From an uncultured delta proteobacterium (GTDB taxonomy: Bacteria; Desulfobacterota; Binatia; Binatales; Binataceae): 64,000 nucleotides of DNA. The DNA lies in NCBI GenBank assembly GCA_963815255.1, contig CAWFGH010000012.1, forward strand, positions 67,049-131,048. Direction: 5' to 3'. The position numbers were made by a program, and so were the translations under genes. The notes under the pieces are model-generated. The model did no database searches, was not told where the DNA came from, and saw nothing but the letters and a program-made list of their open reading frames with translations. Positions 26,424 through 36,231 of the stretch are shown piece after piece. Position 1 is the stretch's first letter. Every line of letters begins with the position of its first letter.

Positions 26424-28049
26424 TCATCTGGGTGCGACGCCATCCGCGCCGCGCACCGCGAACAGATCGTAGTAGGTGGTTCCCACGCGTGGATAGCGCT
26501 TGATCGGATTCAGGCATGGCCCCCCGGCTGCGGCCCATCGCCGCTCTTCGCGGTCATCGATCATGAGATAATCGGCCACGCGATGCGCCGCAAGCCACCC
26601 GCAAAGGCCCTCGCCCGCGACAGGCCGGGCCGGCAGCGGGATAAACCCGGCACCGGCATAAAAAGCCACCCGCGTGTCGGACCCCGCCACGGTCGCCGGC
26701 GCGCCGCCCCGCCGGGCGATCTCTTCGCCGGCGTAACGCATCCCGCGCTGATCGTAGCCGAGCGGGAACAGCGTGCGCGGTAGCAGCGCGATCGCGATCA
26801 CGGCCACGACCGCCGGGCCCGATAGCATCCGTCCCAGCGGTGAGTGAGTCAGCGCCAGGCGCGCGTCGAGCCATCCTGCCGCCTCGACCAGCCCGATCAC
26901 GACCCATCCGAACGTAAACGGCACCACGTGAAGCATCAGGCGCGGCCCTGTGTCGGTCAACACGAACCCCGCGAAGTACATTACGACCAGCGCGGCGAGC
27001 ATCGCCTCCGCCCATCGCGCCGCGATCATCCTGCCATCGGCCCACAGCCCGATAATCAGTCCCGCACAGAGCAACGGGCCGAGCGCCTGCACGAACGCGT
27101 AGCACGAGCCGAAAAGGTCGCGCGCGACTTTTTTCAGGTAGGCCGCCGGGTCGAGCCTGAGCGCGGTCAGCCATGAAGTCGCCGGCCGATAGCCCATCTC
27201 GCGCCAATGCTCTAGCTGACCCATTGTCGAGCCGGTCGCCTCCATCGTGACAACGCCGAGCTCGCGGCCGACCGTCCAATGGCCCGTGTACGCGCGCATC
27301 CAGAGCAGGTATGGAGCGGCGACCAGCAAAAATGTCGCAACGAGGACGGCGGCCGCGCTGAGGCCCCATCCCAAAGTCCATCGCCGCCATATCAATGCGC
27401 CGCCGGTAAGGATGATCACGCCCAACACGGGAACGCCGATTCCCTCGGTGCGATATAGGTAGGCGAGTCCGCAGAGCATCGCGGCAGCGGCAACGCTCGC
27501 GACACGTTTGCCTTCCGCGCCGCGGACCAGGAACCACAACGCCGCCGTCACCAACGTGATGTATCCGGCTTCGGTACGCACCGAGGCCGAGAAGCCGGCG
27601 AGCGCCGGATGGATCGCGGCGAGCGCCGCCGCGCCCGCCGCCACGCCGCGGCGGCCATAGACCTCGCGCATCAGGTAATAAAGGAGCACGACGCCCGCCG
27701 TACCGAAGACCATCGACAGTAGCTCGCCCGCGAGTTCCCAGTTCGGAATCGCGTGGTAGGTTATCGCGATGAGCCACGGGTAAAGCGGCGAGAACACCCA
27801 GGCCAGCGCGCTTTGCGCCCGTCCGGCGTAAAACTCGCGCGCCATCGCGATATACGCTACGCCGTCAGCCGAGATGCAGTAGCTCGTGAGAACGAGGTAG
27901 AGACGGATCAACGCCGCCGCGGCCACGAGCGTGCCGACTACGCGGCGCTCGGAGTAGCGCGACAGCCATCGCGTAAAGCGATCGGCGCCGGCCGAGCCTT
28001 CGGGATAACTTTGCGCAAGCGAGGCGCCGCGAGCCACAAGCCCCATCAC
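26424..28049 (-). CDS. family 39 (ArnT/PMT-like) membrane glycosyltransferase
   Basis: 541-aa polytopic membrane ORF with ..YCISADGVAYIAMAREFYAG.. near the N-terminus, typical of the dolichyl/undecaprenyl-phosphate-sugar dependent GT-C fold. Adjacent to the GT2 gene. Confidence 0.7.
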   Translation of the reverse strand: MMGLVARGASLAQSYPEGSAGADRFTRWLSRYSERRVVGTLVAAAALIRLYLVLTSYCISADGVAYIAMAREFYAGRAQSALAWVFSPLYPWLIAITYHAIPNWELAGELLSMVFGTAGVVLLYYLMREVYGRRGVAAGAAALAAIHPALAGFSASVRTEAGYITLVTAALWFLVRGAEGKRVASVAAAAMLCGLAYLYRTEGIGVPVLGVIILTGGALIWRRWTLGWGLSAAAVLVATFLLVAAPYLLWMRAYTGHWTVGRELGVVTMEATGSTMGQLEHWREMGYRPATSWLTALRLDPAAYLKKVARDLFGSCYAFVQALGPLLCAGLIIGLWADGRMIAARWAEAMLAALVVMYFAGFVLTDTGPRLMLHVVPFTFGWVVIGLVEAAGWLDARLALTHSPLGRMLSGPAVVAVIAIALLPRTLFPLGYDQRGMRYAGEEIARRGGAPATVAGSDTRVAFYAGAGFIPLPARPVAGEGLCGWLAAHRVADYLMIDDREERRWAAAGGPCLNPIKRYPRVGTTYYDLFAVRGADGVAPR

Positions 28050-28241
28050 GTCCCCGTATCCTATTCGTTCGGGACGCGAGGGCGAACTGCCGCGGGGCGA
28101 TTGCAGCGCCGGCCTAGCCGCGCGCAGACGTCGGCAATCGCCTGTTGACGGCGTGCGAGCCGCTGGTGCGTGGCCTGCGACCTGAGGCGGGCCCGCCGAG
28201 GGCCCGCCTCGAAGTCGCCAGGAAAGTGTGTTTTGCGGACG

Positions 28242-28442
28242 CTAGCGGCGCAATACCTTGGCGGCCTGAAGTCCTTTGGGCCCCTGGGCGACCTCGAACT
28301 GGACTTCCTCACCCTGCTCCAGCGAGCGGAAACCATTGCCGTCGATGGAAGTGTAGTGGACGAATACCTCCTGCCCGTCTTCCATAGTAATGAAGCCGTA
28401 GCCCTTCTTGGAACTAAACCACTTGACTACACCGTTAGACAT
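28242..28442 (-). CDS. cold-shock protein (CspA family)
   Basis: MSNGVVKWFSSKKGYGFITMEDGQEVFVHYTSIDGNGFRSLEQGEEVQFEVAQGPKGLQAAKVLRR with RNP1/RNP2 motifs. GGAGG precedes the ATG at 28442; the longer ORF in the track is an artefact. Confidence 0.95.
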   Translation of the reverse strand: MSNGVVKWFSSKKGYGFITMEDGQEVFVHYTSIDGNGFRSLEQGEEVQFEVAQGPKGLQAAKVLRR

Positions 28443-28624
28443 TCCCCCGAGACCTCCTAGCCCGTAACCGTTCCTTCTCGTGACTGGCCCGCAGGGGCCT
28501 CCTCCCCATATCCCCGTATCGGTATACCGGCGCGCATATACCATAACGACGCGCCTCAGACCAAGCGGAATGAGGTACTTTTGCGAGATTTTGTCGAACG
28601 GGCTATTGAGGGCGACTGGAGTAG

Positions 28625-28915
28625 CTAACCGCGCCAGAAACGCGGCCGGGCGTGGATATGGCAATGGTCGGGAATCTGACGCATCACGCCATCGATAACG
28701 AACTTGTCATCGCCGAATTTGGCGCGCGCCACGGCCGAGAGCGCATCGATCATGAGGGAGCGTTCGGCCTCGGTCGCGGTCGCGCGATGCTCTCCGAGCA
28801 CCGCCATCGGCGTGTCACACGAGTCGCAATCAAGAATGGTAAATGCCACGGGATGGGTGAAGCGGGCGTAATGCTGGGTGTACTCGCGCAATTCGCAGAG
28901 TTCGCACTTGTCCAT
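28625..28915 (-). CDS. Cys/His-rich small hypothetical protein
   Basis: 96-aa ORF with CELCE..CDSCD..HCHIH, suggesting metal binding. Coding-like composition; family not recognised. Confidence 0.5.
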   Translation of the reverse strand: MDKCELCELREYTQHYARFTHPVAFTILDCDSCDTPMAVLGEHRATATEAERSLMIDALSAVARAKFGDDKFVIDGVMRQIPDHCHIHARPRFWRG

Positions 28916-29035
28916 GGCTCAAGACTTAGCGGCTGGCGATTCACGCGACAAGAGAGCTATGGCAGGTACCTATTCATTCACTGTAAGGTCAAAGGATAGT
29001 TACCTTTGCACTACTGGCATCGACCCTTCTGATTA

Positions 29036-29240
29036 CCCTTCTTGGACAAGAGAGCTTTGCATAACCGCGACGATCCCTTCTGGCCCTCTCCTTGTCCAAA
29101 GAAGAGGGTTGGGGAGAGGTGCGGTGGTCGCTTTACGAAACCCGCTCGAAGAGCCTGTGCCCCAGCGGAATTTGGACTGACCTCTCCCGCCGCTCGCGAT
29201 GCTCGCGGCGGCCTCTCCTTGGACTTGGACAAGGAGAGGC
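29036..29240. repeat. composite palindromic extragenic repeat (family A), two inverted sub-copies
   Basis: Contains ttggacaagagagctttgcataaccgcgacgatcccttctggccctctccttgtcc, which is homologous to the reverse complement of 49310-49373. Also contains cctctccttggacttggacaaggagagg. Confidence 0.75.
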
Positions 29241-29264
29241 TATGAGAGCGCCCGCGCCCAAATC

Positions 29265-29588
29265 CTAATGCGCAGCGGGAGCCGCCGCCGGACTGGCCAT
29301 CGCTGCCGGACTAGCTGCGGGACTGGCCATCTCCGCCGGACTGGCCATCGCCCCTGGGCTCGCCATGGCTGCGGCCTTCGCTTTTTTGCGGCAGGTATAG
29401 ACACTGCTCTTGGAGATCTTCATGTCCTTGGCGACTTCGGCGACTTTCTTGCCGGCCTGAAGTTCCGTCATCACCGCCGCGCAATCCACCTTCTTATGGC
29501 TGGCGGCATAAGCCTTGGACACGCCGAACTGAAGGCTTAGCGCGATCGCGACTGCAAGTGAGGTAGCCAGAGCTGATGTTTTCTTCAT
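29265..29588 (-). CDS. small secreted protein with HTH-like segment and C-terminal (A)MASPA repeats
   Basis: Signal peptide MKKTSALATSLAVAIALSLQFGVSKAYA; KVAEVAKDMKISKSSVY resembles a helix-turn-helix; tail AMASPGAMASPAEMASPAASPAAMASPAAAPAAH. Confidence 0.5.
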   Translation of the reverse strand: MKKTSALATSLAVAIALSLQFGVSKAYAASHKKVDCAAVMTELQAGKKVAEVAKDMKISKSSVYTCRKKAKAAAMASPGAMASPAEMASPAASPAAMASPAAAPAAH

Positions 29589-29687
29589 GATGTTCCCCCG
29601 CGCATTAAAGTGCCGTTCAAAATCCCTCGCAGTATGTCAAAAATGTAAAAATCCTAAAAGAGCCCCGGGCGGTTAGAATTCGCCCGG

Positions 29688-30704
29688 TTAGAACTCGATC
29701 ATCACTTTGCTCTGATTGGTCGGCAGTGCGAGCGCCGCGAAGGCCTTGGGCAGATCGTCAATTCCCATCGTGTGCGTGATCATCGGCGCGGTGGCGACAC
29801 GGCCGGACGCGAGCGCCGCGATTGCCATCTCGACCTCCGCGCGCTCCATCCCGAGCGAAAACCGCATGTCGAGCTCTTTGCTCATTGCCGTTATCGGCGC
29901 AAAACCATCGTCTTCGGTGCAGACTCCGATTATCACGACGCGGCTCGAGCGCTGCGCGTAGGCGATCGCCTCGGCCATCGCGCCCGGTGCGCCGATACAC
30001 TCGAAGATCACCTGCGGCCCCGCACCCGTGAGCGACTCGACCTTCCCCGCTGGATTGTGCATCCGCGGATCGACGGCCGCGTCAGCACCCATCGTAAGCG
30101 CCAGGCGGCGGCGAGGCTCGCTCAGTTCGGAGACGACAATTGCGCGCGCGCCGGCGAAGCGCGCCCACAGCATCGTGGCGATTCCGATCGGTCCCGCGCC
30201 CATTACCACGCAGCTCTCGCCCGCCTGGAAGCCTGCGCGATGCAGCCCATGCAGTCCCACCACCAACGGCTCGACCGTGGCGGCCTCGCGAAAGCTCATC
30301 CTCGGCGGCATCTTGAACACGCTCGCCGGCCGGGTTTTCATCAGCTCCGCGTAAGCGCCCGGGACCTCGCCGAAGCCGACCAGCTTGACCTCGCGGCAGC
30401 GCTGCGCCTCGCCGACGCGGCACGACTCGCAGCGGCCGCATCCGACGTACGACATCGCCACGACCGGGTCGCCGCGCTCGAAGCCCTCGACGCCATCGCC
30501 GAGCGTCTCGACCACGCCTGAGAATTCGTGGCCGAGGATGGTTCCCGGCGGCATGCGGAAATTGCGCCCCGCGGCGTGCAGGTCGGAGCCGCAGATGCCG
30601 CAGGCTTTCACTCGCACCACGAGTTCGCCCGGACCGGCAATCGGATCGGGAACCTCGGCGACCTCCAGCGGAGCGCCGGGCGCCCGGTACACGCACGCCT
30701 TCAT
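29688..30704 (-). CDS. Zn-dependent medium-chain alcohol/polyol dehydrogenase
   Basis: [43 protein letters not shown].., structural-zinc Cys cluster GCGRCESC, and Rossmann motif VMGAGPIG. The ATG overlaps the upstream stop (ATGA). Confidence 0.88.
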   Translation of the reverse strand: MKACVYRAPGAPLEVAEVPDPIAGPGELVVRVKACGICGSDLHAAGRNFRMPPGTILGHEFSGVVETLGDGVEGFERGDPVVAMSYVGCGRCESCRVGEAQRCREVKLVGFGEVPGAYAELMKTRPASVFKMPPRMSFREAATVEPLVVGLHGLHRAGFQAGESCVVMGAGPIGIATMLWARFAGARAIVVSELSEPRRRLALTMGADAAVDPRMHNPAGKVESLTGAGPQVIFECIGAPGAMAEAIAYAQRSSRVVIIGVCTEDDGFAPITAMSKELDMRFSLGMERAEVEMAIAALASGRVATAPMITHTMGIDDLPKAFAALALPTNQSKVMIEF

Positions 30705-31504
30705 TTGCTTCGTGTGCTCGGGAACGTGGGCGCGCGCCGTTCCTTGAGAGCCGCCACGCCCTCGTGCAGGTCGTCGCTGAAAAATCCCAACATCTCGAGC
30801 GCGAGAGACGCGTCGAAGGCCGGCCCGAACATCCGGAGCCAGTTGTTGAGCGCGCGCTTGGTGAAGCGCAGCGCTTGCTGCGGTCCGCGGGCGAGCTTTT
30901 GCGCGACCTCCATCGCCTTGGCCATCAACTGATCGGCCGGCACGCAGAGGCTGACCAGGCCGACGCGCTCGGCCTCCTTGCCGTCGATGAAATCGGCGGT
31001 GAGCAGGTAGTACTTGGCCTTGGCCATCCCGCACAGCAGCGGCCAGATGATCACCGCATGGTCGCCGGCGCCCACGCCGAGGCGGATATGGCCGTCGGTG
31101 ATGCGCATGTTCTCCGACGCGATCGAGATGTCCGCCATGAAAGCGACCGCGAGGCCGGCGCCCACGGCGACGCCGTTAATCGCCGAGATTATCGGCTTGT
31201 CGAGGTTGATCATGTTGTAGACGATGTCGCCGGCCTCGCGCCACGCCTGCCCGATGTTGGCGGCGCTGCCCGCCATCCGCTCGATCATCTCGAGGTCGCC
31301 GCCGGCCGAGAACGCGCGCCCCTTGCCCGTGATCACCACCACGCGGGTCTCGGCGTCCTCGTCGATATCCTTCCACACCCGGCTCAACTCCCAGTGCAGG
31401 CGGTTGTTGGTGGCGTTGAGAACGTCGGGACGGTTGATCGTGATGAGCAAAATCCCGTCGTCGCGGCGCTCGAATAGCAGATGCTGATATTCCTCGTATT
31501 TCAT
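30701..31504 (-). CDS. enoyl-CoA hydratase/isomerase (crotonase) family protein
   Basis: [62 protein letters not shown]. The ATG at 31504 follows GGAGG. Confidence 0.88.
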   Translation of the reverse strand: MKYEEYQHLLFERRDDGILLITINRPDVLNATNNRLHWELSRVWKDIDEDAETRVVVITGKGRAFSAGGDLEMIERMAGSAANIGQAWREAGDIVYNMINLDKPIISAINGVAVGAGLAVAFMADISIASENMRITDGHIRLGVGAGDHAVIIWPLLCGMAKAKYYLLTADFIDGKEAERVGLVSLCVPADQLMAKAMEVAQKLARGPQQALRFTKRALNNWLRMFGPAFDASLALEMLGFFSDDLHEGVAALKERRAPTFPSTRSK

Positions 31505-31629
31505 CGGGAGCCTCCGAATCGATTGGCTGGTGTCTTCCTTAGCGCAGGTCGCGCGTTTCCTCAAAGCGCCGCGGCGCTTGGGGAAAATCGAAAGGGCGCG
31601 ATCCAGCGGACCGGCGCGCGCTCAGACTG

Positions 31630-32925
31630 TCACGAGGGGCTCAGAGTCGCGCGGGTGAGAGAAGTCGTGGCCTGCACTGTCGGCAGGAATCGCCCCTTGA
31701 ACGCCTCGGCGGAAAGATTCGCGAACGTGGCGAGCCGCGAGAGCGCCGGCTCCTCGAAGTCCTGCGGCTCGAGCCTGGTCATGTACGAGCGAGCGACCTC
31801 GTACGACTCGGTGCTGACGTCGACCAGGCGCACCCTGATCCGTCCGGTGGCCGGATCGACGAGCGCCGCGAAATCGACCGGCGTCACGCGCCCGCCGGCG
31901 ATGGCGATGAGCGCGCCCGAACCTCCGCTCAGCAGATAGCGCACCGCGCCATAGCCGAGCGTGCGCGTATATTCGGCGTCGAACGGCAGCGGCTTAGCGC
32001 AGCGCAACTCGTAGCCGATATCCTTGGTGACCACGGTCGCGCCGATCCCGAGTTGCTTGAGCGCCGTGCGCACGCGGTCGCGTAGCAGGTAGCCGAGCGG
32101 GATGTCCGCGATGTGCACGTGGCCGTACGCGTCGGCCTCGGACCCCGGCGCGTTGGGCAGAGTGCCGGGGTCCATCCGCTCGGCGATACCTTCGGCGACG
32201 ACCGCCACGCCGTCGTCATAGCCCTCGGCGCGGCGCTTGATTATTGCGCCCACGATCGTATCGACGACCAGCGAAAGGTCAAAACTCTCGCCGTGAAACT
32301 CCTCCAGGATGACCGCCAGCGTCGCGCCGGAGGACTTGCACATGCTGAGCGCGAGCGAACCGGACTTCCGGCCCATCGAGATCGCCAGGTACCATCTGCC
32401 GGTGGTGCGCGCGTCGACCATCAGCGATTCGACGATCGTGGTGCCGACGGCGCGCGCGGTTTCGAAGCCGAAGGTCGGCGCGTTCTCGGGCAGCGGCAGA
32501 TCGTTGTCGATCGTTTTCGGCACCGTCACCACGCCGATTTCTCCGCGCGTGCGCTCGGCGATCCTGAACGCGCCGTACGTCGTATCGTCACCGCCGATGC
32601 AGACGAGATAACGGATGCCCAGCGTTTTGAGCGCTTCGATCGTGCGCGTAAGGCTCGCCTCGTCGCGCGCCGGATTGGTGCGCGAGGTACGCAGGACCGA
32701 ACCGCCGGTGGAATGGACCTGGCTCACCTCGTCGAGCTTGAGTTCGACCACGTGCGAGGTATTGCCTTCGGCGAGCCATCGATAGCCGTCGCGCAGGCCG
32801 ACCACCCGCAGCCCGCAGTTGATCGCCTCGATCGCGGCCGAAGAAATTACCCCGTTGATGCCGGGGGCGGGGCCGCCACCCACCAGGATTCCGAGGGTGG
32901 CCTGCTTATCGCCGTCGCGCTGCAT
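31630..32925 (-). CDS. pfk: 6-phosphofructokinase, probably pyrophosphate-dependent (PFP type)
   Basis: LGILVGGGPAPGINGVI.., IGGDDTT (Asp rather than Gly) and VPKTIDNDL (Lys rather than Gly). These are the residues usually used to distinguish PPi- from ATP-dependent PFKs. Confidence 0.85.
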   Translation of the reverse strand: MQRDGDKQATLGILVGGGPAPGINGVISSAAIEAINCGLRVVGLRDGYRWLAEGNTSHVVELKLDEVSQVHSTGGSVLRTSRTNPARDEASLTRTIEALKTLGIRYLVCIGGDDTTYGAFRIAERTRGEIGVVTVPKTIDNDLPLPENAPTFGFETARAVGTTIVESLMVDARTTGRWYLAISMGRKSGSLALSMCKSSGATLAVILEEFHGESFDLSLVVDTIVGAIIKRRAEGYDDGVAVVAEGIAERMDPGTLPNAPGSEADAYGHVHIADIPLGYLLRDRVRTALKQLGIGATVVTKDIGYELRCAKPLPFDAEYTRTLGYGAVRYLLSGGSGALIAIAGGRVTPVDFAALVDPATGRIRVRLVDVSTESYEVARSYMTRLEPQDFEEPALSRLATFANLSAEAFKGRFLPTVQATTSLTRATLSPS

Positions 32926-32985
32926 GGTTGAAAAATCTCCGCGGCGGTTAGCGTTCGCCGGACGCTGGGTCGTGGACGGCCGCGT

Positions 32986-33912
32986 TCAACGCGCGGACGC
33001 GCCCGCGTAAATATCCATGATCGTGCCGAGCAGCTTGATCGCTTCGGCGCGCGGGCGCTGGAACGAGTTGCGCCCGATGATCGAGCCGAAACCGCCGCCG
33101 GCCTTGATCGCGCGCACTTCATCGAGCAGCTTTTCGTCGCTGACCTTCGGACCGCCCGAGAAGATCACGATCCGCCGGCCGTCGAAGCAGCTCTGCACGA
33201 CGTTAGCGACGCGCGCGGCCTGCGTATCCAGCGGTACGTGGTTGGCCTCGTAGGTCTTCTTGGCTTCGGGCTGCTCGATATGCGCGGTCGGAAGCTTGAC
33301 CTTGATAATGTTGGCGCCGAGTTGCGCCGCGATCTGCGCCGCGTATGCGACCACGTCGATCGCGGTCTCGCCCTCCTTGCTGATGCCCGAGCCGCGTGGG
33401 TACGACCACACTACCACCGCCAGGCCGTGGTCCTTGGCCTCTTCGGCGATCTCGCGCAACTGCTCGTACATCCGCACGCACGCAGCCGAACCGGGATAGA
33501 TGGTGAAGCCGACTGCGGCGCATCCAAGGCGCAGCGCGTCCTTCACGCTGCCGGTGACGGCGGGCTCGGGGTCAGGCGAGTCGTGCAGCAGATCATGGTT
33601 GTTGAGCTTGAGGATGAGCGGGATTTCGCCGGCGAACTCAGCCGCGCCCGCCTCCAGGAAGCCCAGCGGCGCCGCGTAGGCGTTGCATCCGGCGTCGCAG
33701 GCGAGCGCGAAATGGTAGCGCGGATCATAGGCCGGCGGATTGGGCGCGAAGCTGCGCACCGGGCCATGCTCGAAGCCCTGGTCCACGGGCAGGATAACGA
33801 ACGTTCCGGTGCCGGCGAGCCGCCCGTGATTGATTATCCGGGCAAGATTGGTCAGCACGCCCGCGTTCTCCGACCGGTAGAAATCCAGAATTTCCCTGGC
33901 TCGCTTGGTCAT
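32986..33912 (-). CDS. class I fructose-bisphosphate aldolase (FbaB/DhnA type)
   Basis: ..GRLAGTGTFVILPVDQGFEHGP.. and ..IIKVKLP.. closely parallel E. coli FbaB ([27 protein letters not shown]). Confidence 0.8.
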   Translation of the reverse strand: MTKRAREILDFYRSENAGVLTNLARIINHGRLAGTGTFVILPVDQGFEHGPVRSFAPNPPAYDPRYHFALACDAGCNAYAAPLGFLEAGAAEFAGEIPLILKLNNHDLLHDSPDPEPAVTGSVKDALRLGCAAVGFTIYPGSAACVRMYEQLREIAEEAKDHGLAVVVWSYPRGSGISKEGETAIDVVAYAAQIAAQLGANIIKVKLPTAHIEQPEAKKTYEANHVPLDTQAARVANVVQSCFDGRRIVIFSGGPKVSDEKLLDEVRAIKAGGGFGSIIGRNSFQRPRAEAIKLLGTIMDIYAGASAR

Positions 33913-33991
33913 AACCGCCTCCGATTCACAATTCGATATTGCTCAGATAGGACGCTCCGCGTGCAAAAACGCGGCACGTTCGCGCCAAGAA

Positions 33992-34996
33992 CTATAGCAT
34001 CTCCATGGCGCAGCGGGCCGCTCCTATCAGCCCCGCCGCCGGATTGAGCGAGACCCGCACCGGGATCCTTGCCAGCACTTTATCGAGTCGGCCCTTGGCG
34101 AGAAAGGCGCGCACGAATCCGCCCGCGGTAAGCGTCGCGAGAATTTTGGGCGCGATTCCGCCGCCGACATAAACGCCGCCCAGCGCCATGAACTTCAACG
34201 CCAGGTTGGACGCCTCGGCGCCGTAAATATCGACGAAGATTCGGAGCGCCTCGATGCATCGCGGGTCGCGGCCCTTGAGCGCATTTTCACTGATCACCGC
34301 CGCCGCGTCGTTGGCGCCGGCAAATTCGTCGGCCAGCCATTGCGGCTCGGCGTCGGGCCCGCGCGATTTGAGAAACTTGTAGATGTTGACCAGTCCCGGC
34401 CCCGACAGCACGCGCTCGAAGCTTACGTGATCGAACTCGCCGCTTAGATATTCCAGCAGTTCGATTTGTTCGGGCCCGCGCGGCGCGAAGTCCGAGTGTC
34501 CGCCCTCGGTGGCGAGCGAGCGCCAGCGGCCGTCCTCGAGCGGGACCAGTCCCGCCTCGCCGAGACCCGTGCCGGCAGCGATAACCGCAATGGGCGCGCG
34601 CGAGACCGGCGGATCGCCCGCCTGCAGCACCGCCATTTCGTTCTCCTGGAGCTGGAGCATCCCGTAGGCGGTCGCCTCGAGATCGTTGATCAGCCGCGCC
34701 CCGGGCACGCCGAGCGCGCGCGCCAGCGCCCGCTCTTCCATCGTCCACGGAACATTGGTCGCGTGACTGACGCCGCCGATGATCGGTCCGGGCACGCCGA
34801 AGCAGGCCGCGTCGATCGCCCATGCGCCGCTTAGAAAGTCGCTTGCGACCTCTTCCAGCGTTTTGAAATCGCGCGTCGCGTAGAGCTTTTCACGCAGCAA
34901 GACCGGCGTTCCGCCCTCGACGCGGAAAAGACCCAGCAGGGTCTTGGTGCCGCCGATATCTCCCGCCAAAACCGCAGCTTTGGTCCGCACGGCCAT
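33992..34996 (-). CDS. glk: glucokinase
   Basis: AVLAGDIGGTKTLLGLF.. ATP-binding N-terminus, ..LINDLEATAYG.., ..GVYVGGGIAPK.. typical of bacterial Glk. Confidence 0.85.
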   Translation of the reverse strand: MAVRTKAAVLAGDIGGTKTLLGLFRVEGGTPVLLREKLYATRDFKTLEEVASDFLSGAWAIDAACFGVPGPIIGGVSHATNVPWTMEERALARALGVPGARLINDLEATAYGMLQLQENEMAVLQAGDPPVSRAPIAVIAAGTGLGEAGLVPLEDGRWRSLATEGGHSDFAPRGPEQIELLEYLSGEFDHVSFERVLSGPGLVNIYKFLKSRGPDAEPQWLADEFAGANDAAAVISENALKGRDPRCIEALRIFVDIYGAEASNLALKFMALGGVYVGGGIAPKILATLTAGGFVRAFLAKGRLDKVLARIPVRVSLNPAAGLIGAARCAMEML

Positions 34997-34998
34997 CG

Positions 34999-36012
34999 CT
35001 ATCCGCCTTCAACCTTTAACTGCTCCGCCAGCGCAACTTCCTCGACGCTGCCGATATAGACCGGCACGCGCTCGTGGATGCTGGAGGGGACGAAATCGAG
35101 CACGCGCCCGCGTCCAGTGGAGCCTGCGCCGCCGGCCTGCTCGGCAAGCATCGAGAGCGGCGCGACCTCGTACATCAGGCGCAGCTTGCCCTTGCTCTGG
35201 CTGCCGGCGCTGACCTCGCCGGGATAGAAAAAAATTCCGCCAGTCAGCAGGCAACGATGGAAATCGCCGACGAACGCACCGCAGTAGCGCAACGAGTAGC
35301 CGCCGCCCTTGTCTTTCGGTCCGGTCAGCCGCTCCAGCAGCGCGCGTGCCCCCGGATGCCATCGCGCGGCGTTGGCCTGGTTGACCGCGTAGGTTTTGCC
35401 GTGCGCCGGCATCCGGATTTTCTCGCGCCACAGCACGAACTCGCCGACCTCCCGCTCCAGCACGAACGCGTTGACGCCGTCGCCCGCCGTCCAGACCAGT
35501 ATCGTGGCCGGCCCATAGAGCGCGTAGCCCGCTATTATCTGCTCGGTGCCGGGCCCGAGCGCGTCTGCGATGTCGTCGCCGTGGCCGGGCTTGCGCCGGC
35601 GCAGCGCAAAGATCGTCCCGAGCGAGCCGTTGACGCCAGTGTTGGAGGAACCGTCGAGCGGATCGTACAGCAACGCATAGGTGTCGCGCGGGTGCTGAGT
35701 TCTGGAGTGCCGCGGCTCTTCTATCTCCTCCGAAATCAGCGTGCATATCGGATGGCCGCCGGCGAACGAATCGAGGAACACGTTGTTAGACCAGGTGTCG
35801 AGTTTTTCGACCTTTTCGCCTTGCACGTTGGTCGCGCCGCTTAACCCCAGCTCTCCCTTGAGCGCCGCGATGGCGAGCTCGTTGGAGATTCGTTTGACGG
35901 CCAACGCCACCTGTCCCAGCGTCGCGCTCAATCCCGGGTCGATTCGGGGGCGGGCGCTGCGCAGATAACGGTCCAGGGTGATCATCGATGCGTCAGCCGA
36001 CGGGTTACCCAT
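34999..36012 (-). CDS. fbp: class 1 fructose-1,6-bisphosphatase
   Basis: ..TNVQGEKVEKLDTWSNN.., ..LLYDPLDGSSN.., ..LRYCGAFVGDFHR.., ..GGIFFYPG.., ..GKLRLMYEVAPL... The ATG at 36012 follows GGAGG. Confidence 0.9.
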   Translation of the reverse strand: MGNPSADASMITLDRYLRSARPRIDPGLSATLGQVALAVKRISNELAIAALKGELGLSGATNVQGEKVEKLDTWSNNVFLDSFAGGHPICTLISEEIEEPRHSRTQHPRDTYALLYDPLDGSSNTGVNGSLGTIFALRRRKPGHGDDIADALGPGTEQIIAGYALYGPATILVWTAGDGVNAFVLEREVGEFVLWREKIRMPAHGKTYAVNQANAARWHPGARALLERLTGPKDKGGGYSLRYCGAFVGDFHRCLLTGGIFFYPGEVSAGSQSKGKLRLMYEVAPLSMLAEQAGGAGSTGRGRVLDFVPSSIHERVPVYIGSVEEVALAEQLKVEGG

Positions 36013-36231
36013 ATTTGCCTCCGGTTGGCGATTGCGATAAATGTGCGTTGAACCCCCCGGTCGCCTGCACTGTGTCAGCGGCGTCATCGTGCTCGACTTT
36101 TAGGATCGTTGATCACCCTCGCCACGTCTGGAATTCGCGCGGGTCAACGAAGCGTATTTGAGGCTAACGCAATCCGGCGGACCTGCCTAGGGTAAATATG
36201 CCGCCGCGGCGCGCGCGAATCCACATCGCGC

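Noticed and set aside
28443-28624. Cold-shock 5' UTR regulatory element (cold box) upstream of the csp gene
   Set aside because: A long leader is plausible from established CspA biology, but I could not identify a specific conserved element in the sequence, so no feature was called.
29688-31034. 448-aa version of the alcohol dehydrogenase ORF. Similar N-terminal extensions occur for 5119..6243, 20667..21866, 34999..36087, 36232..37899, 41712..42164, 55261..58812 and 61333..62307.
   Set aside because: The upstream extensions are Arg-rich, overlap neighbouring genes or promoters, and precede internal ATGs that have good Shine-Dalgarno sequences and canonical family N-termini.
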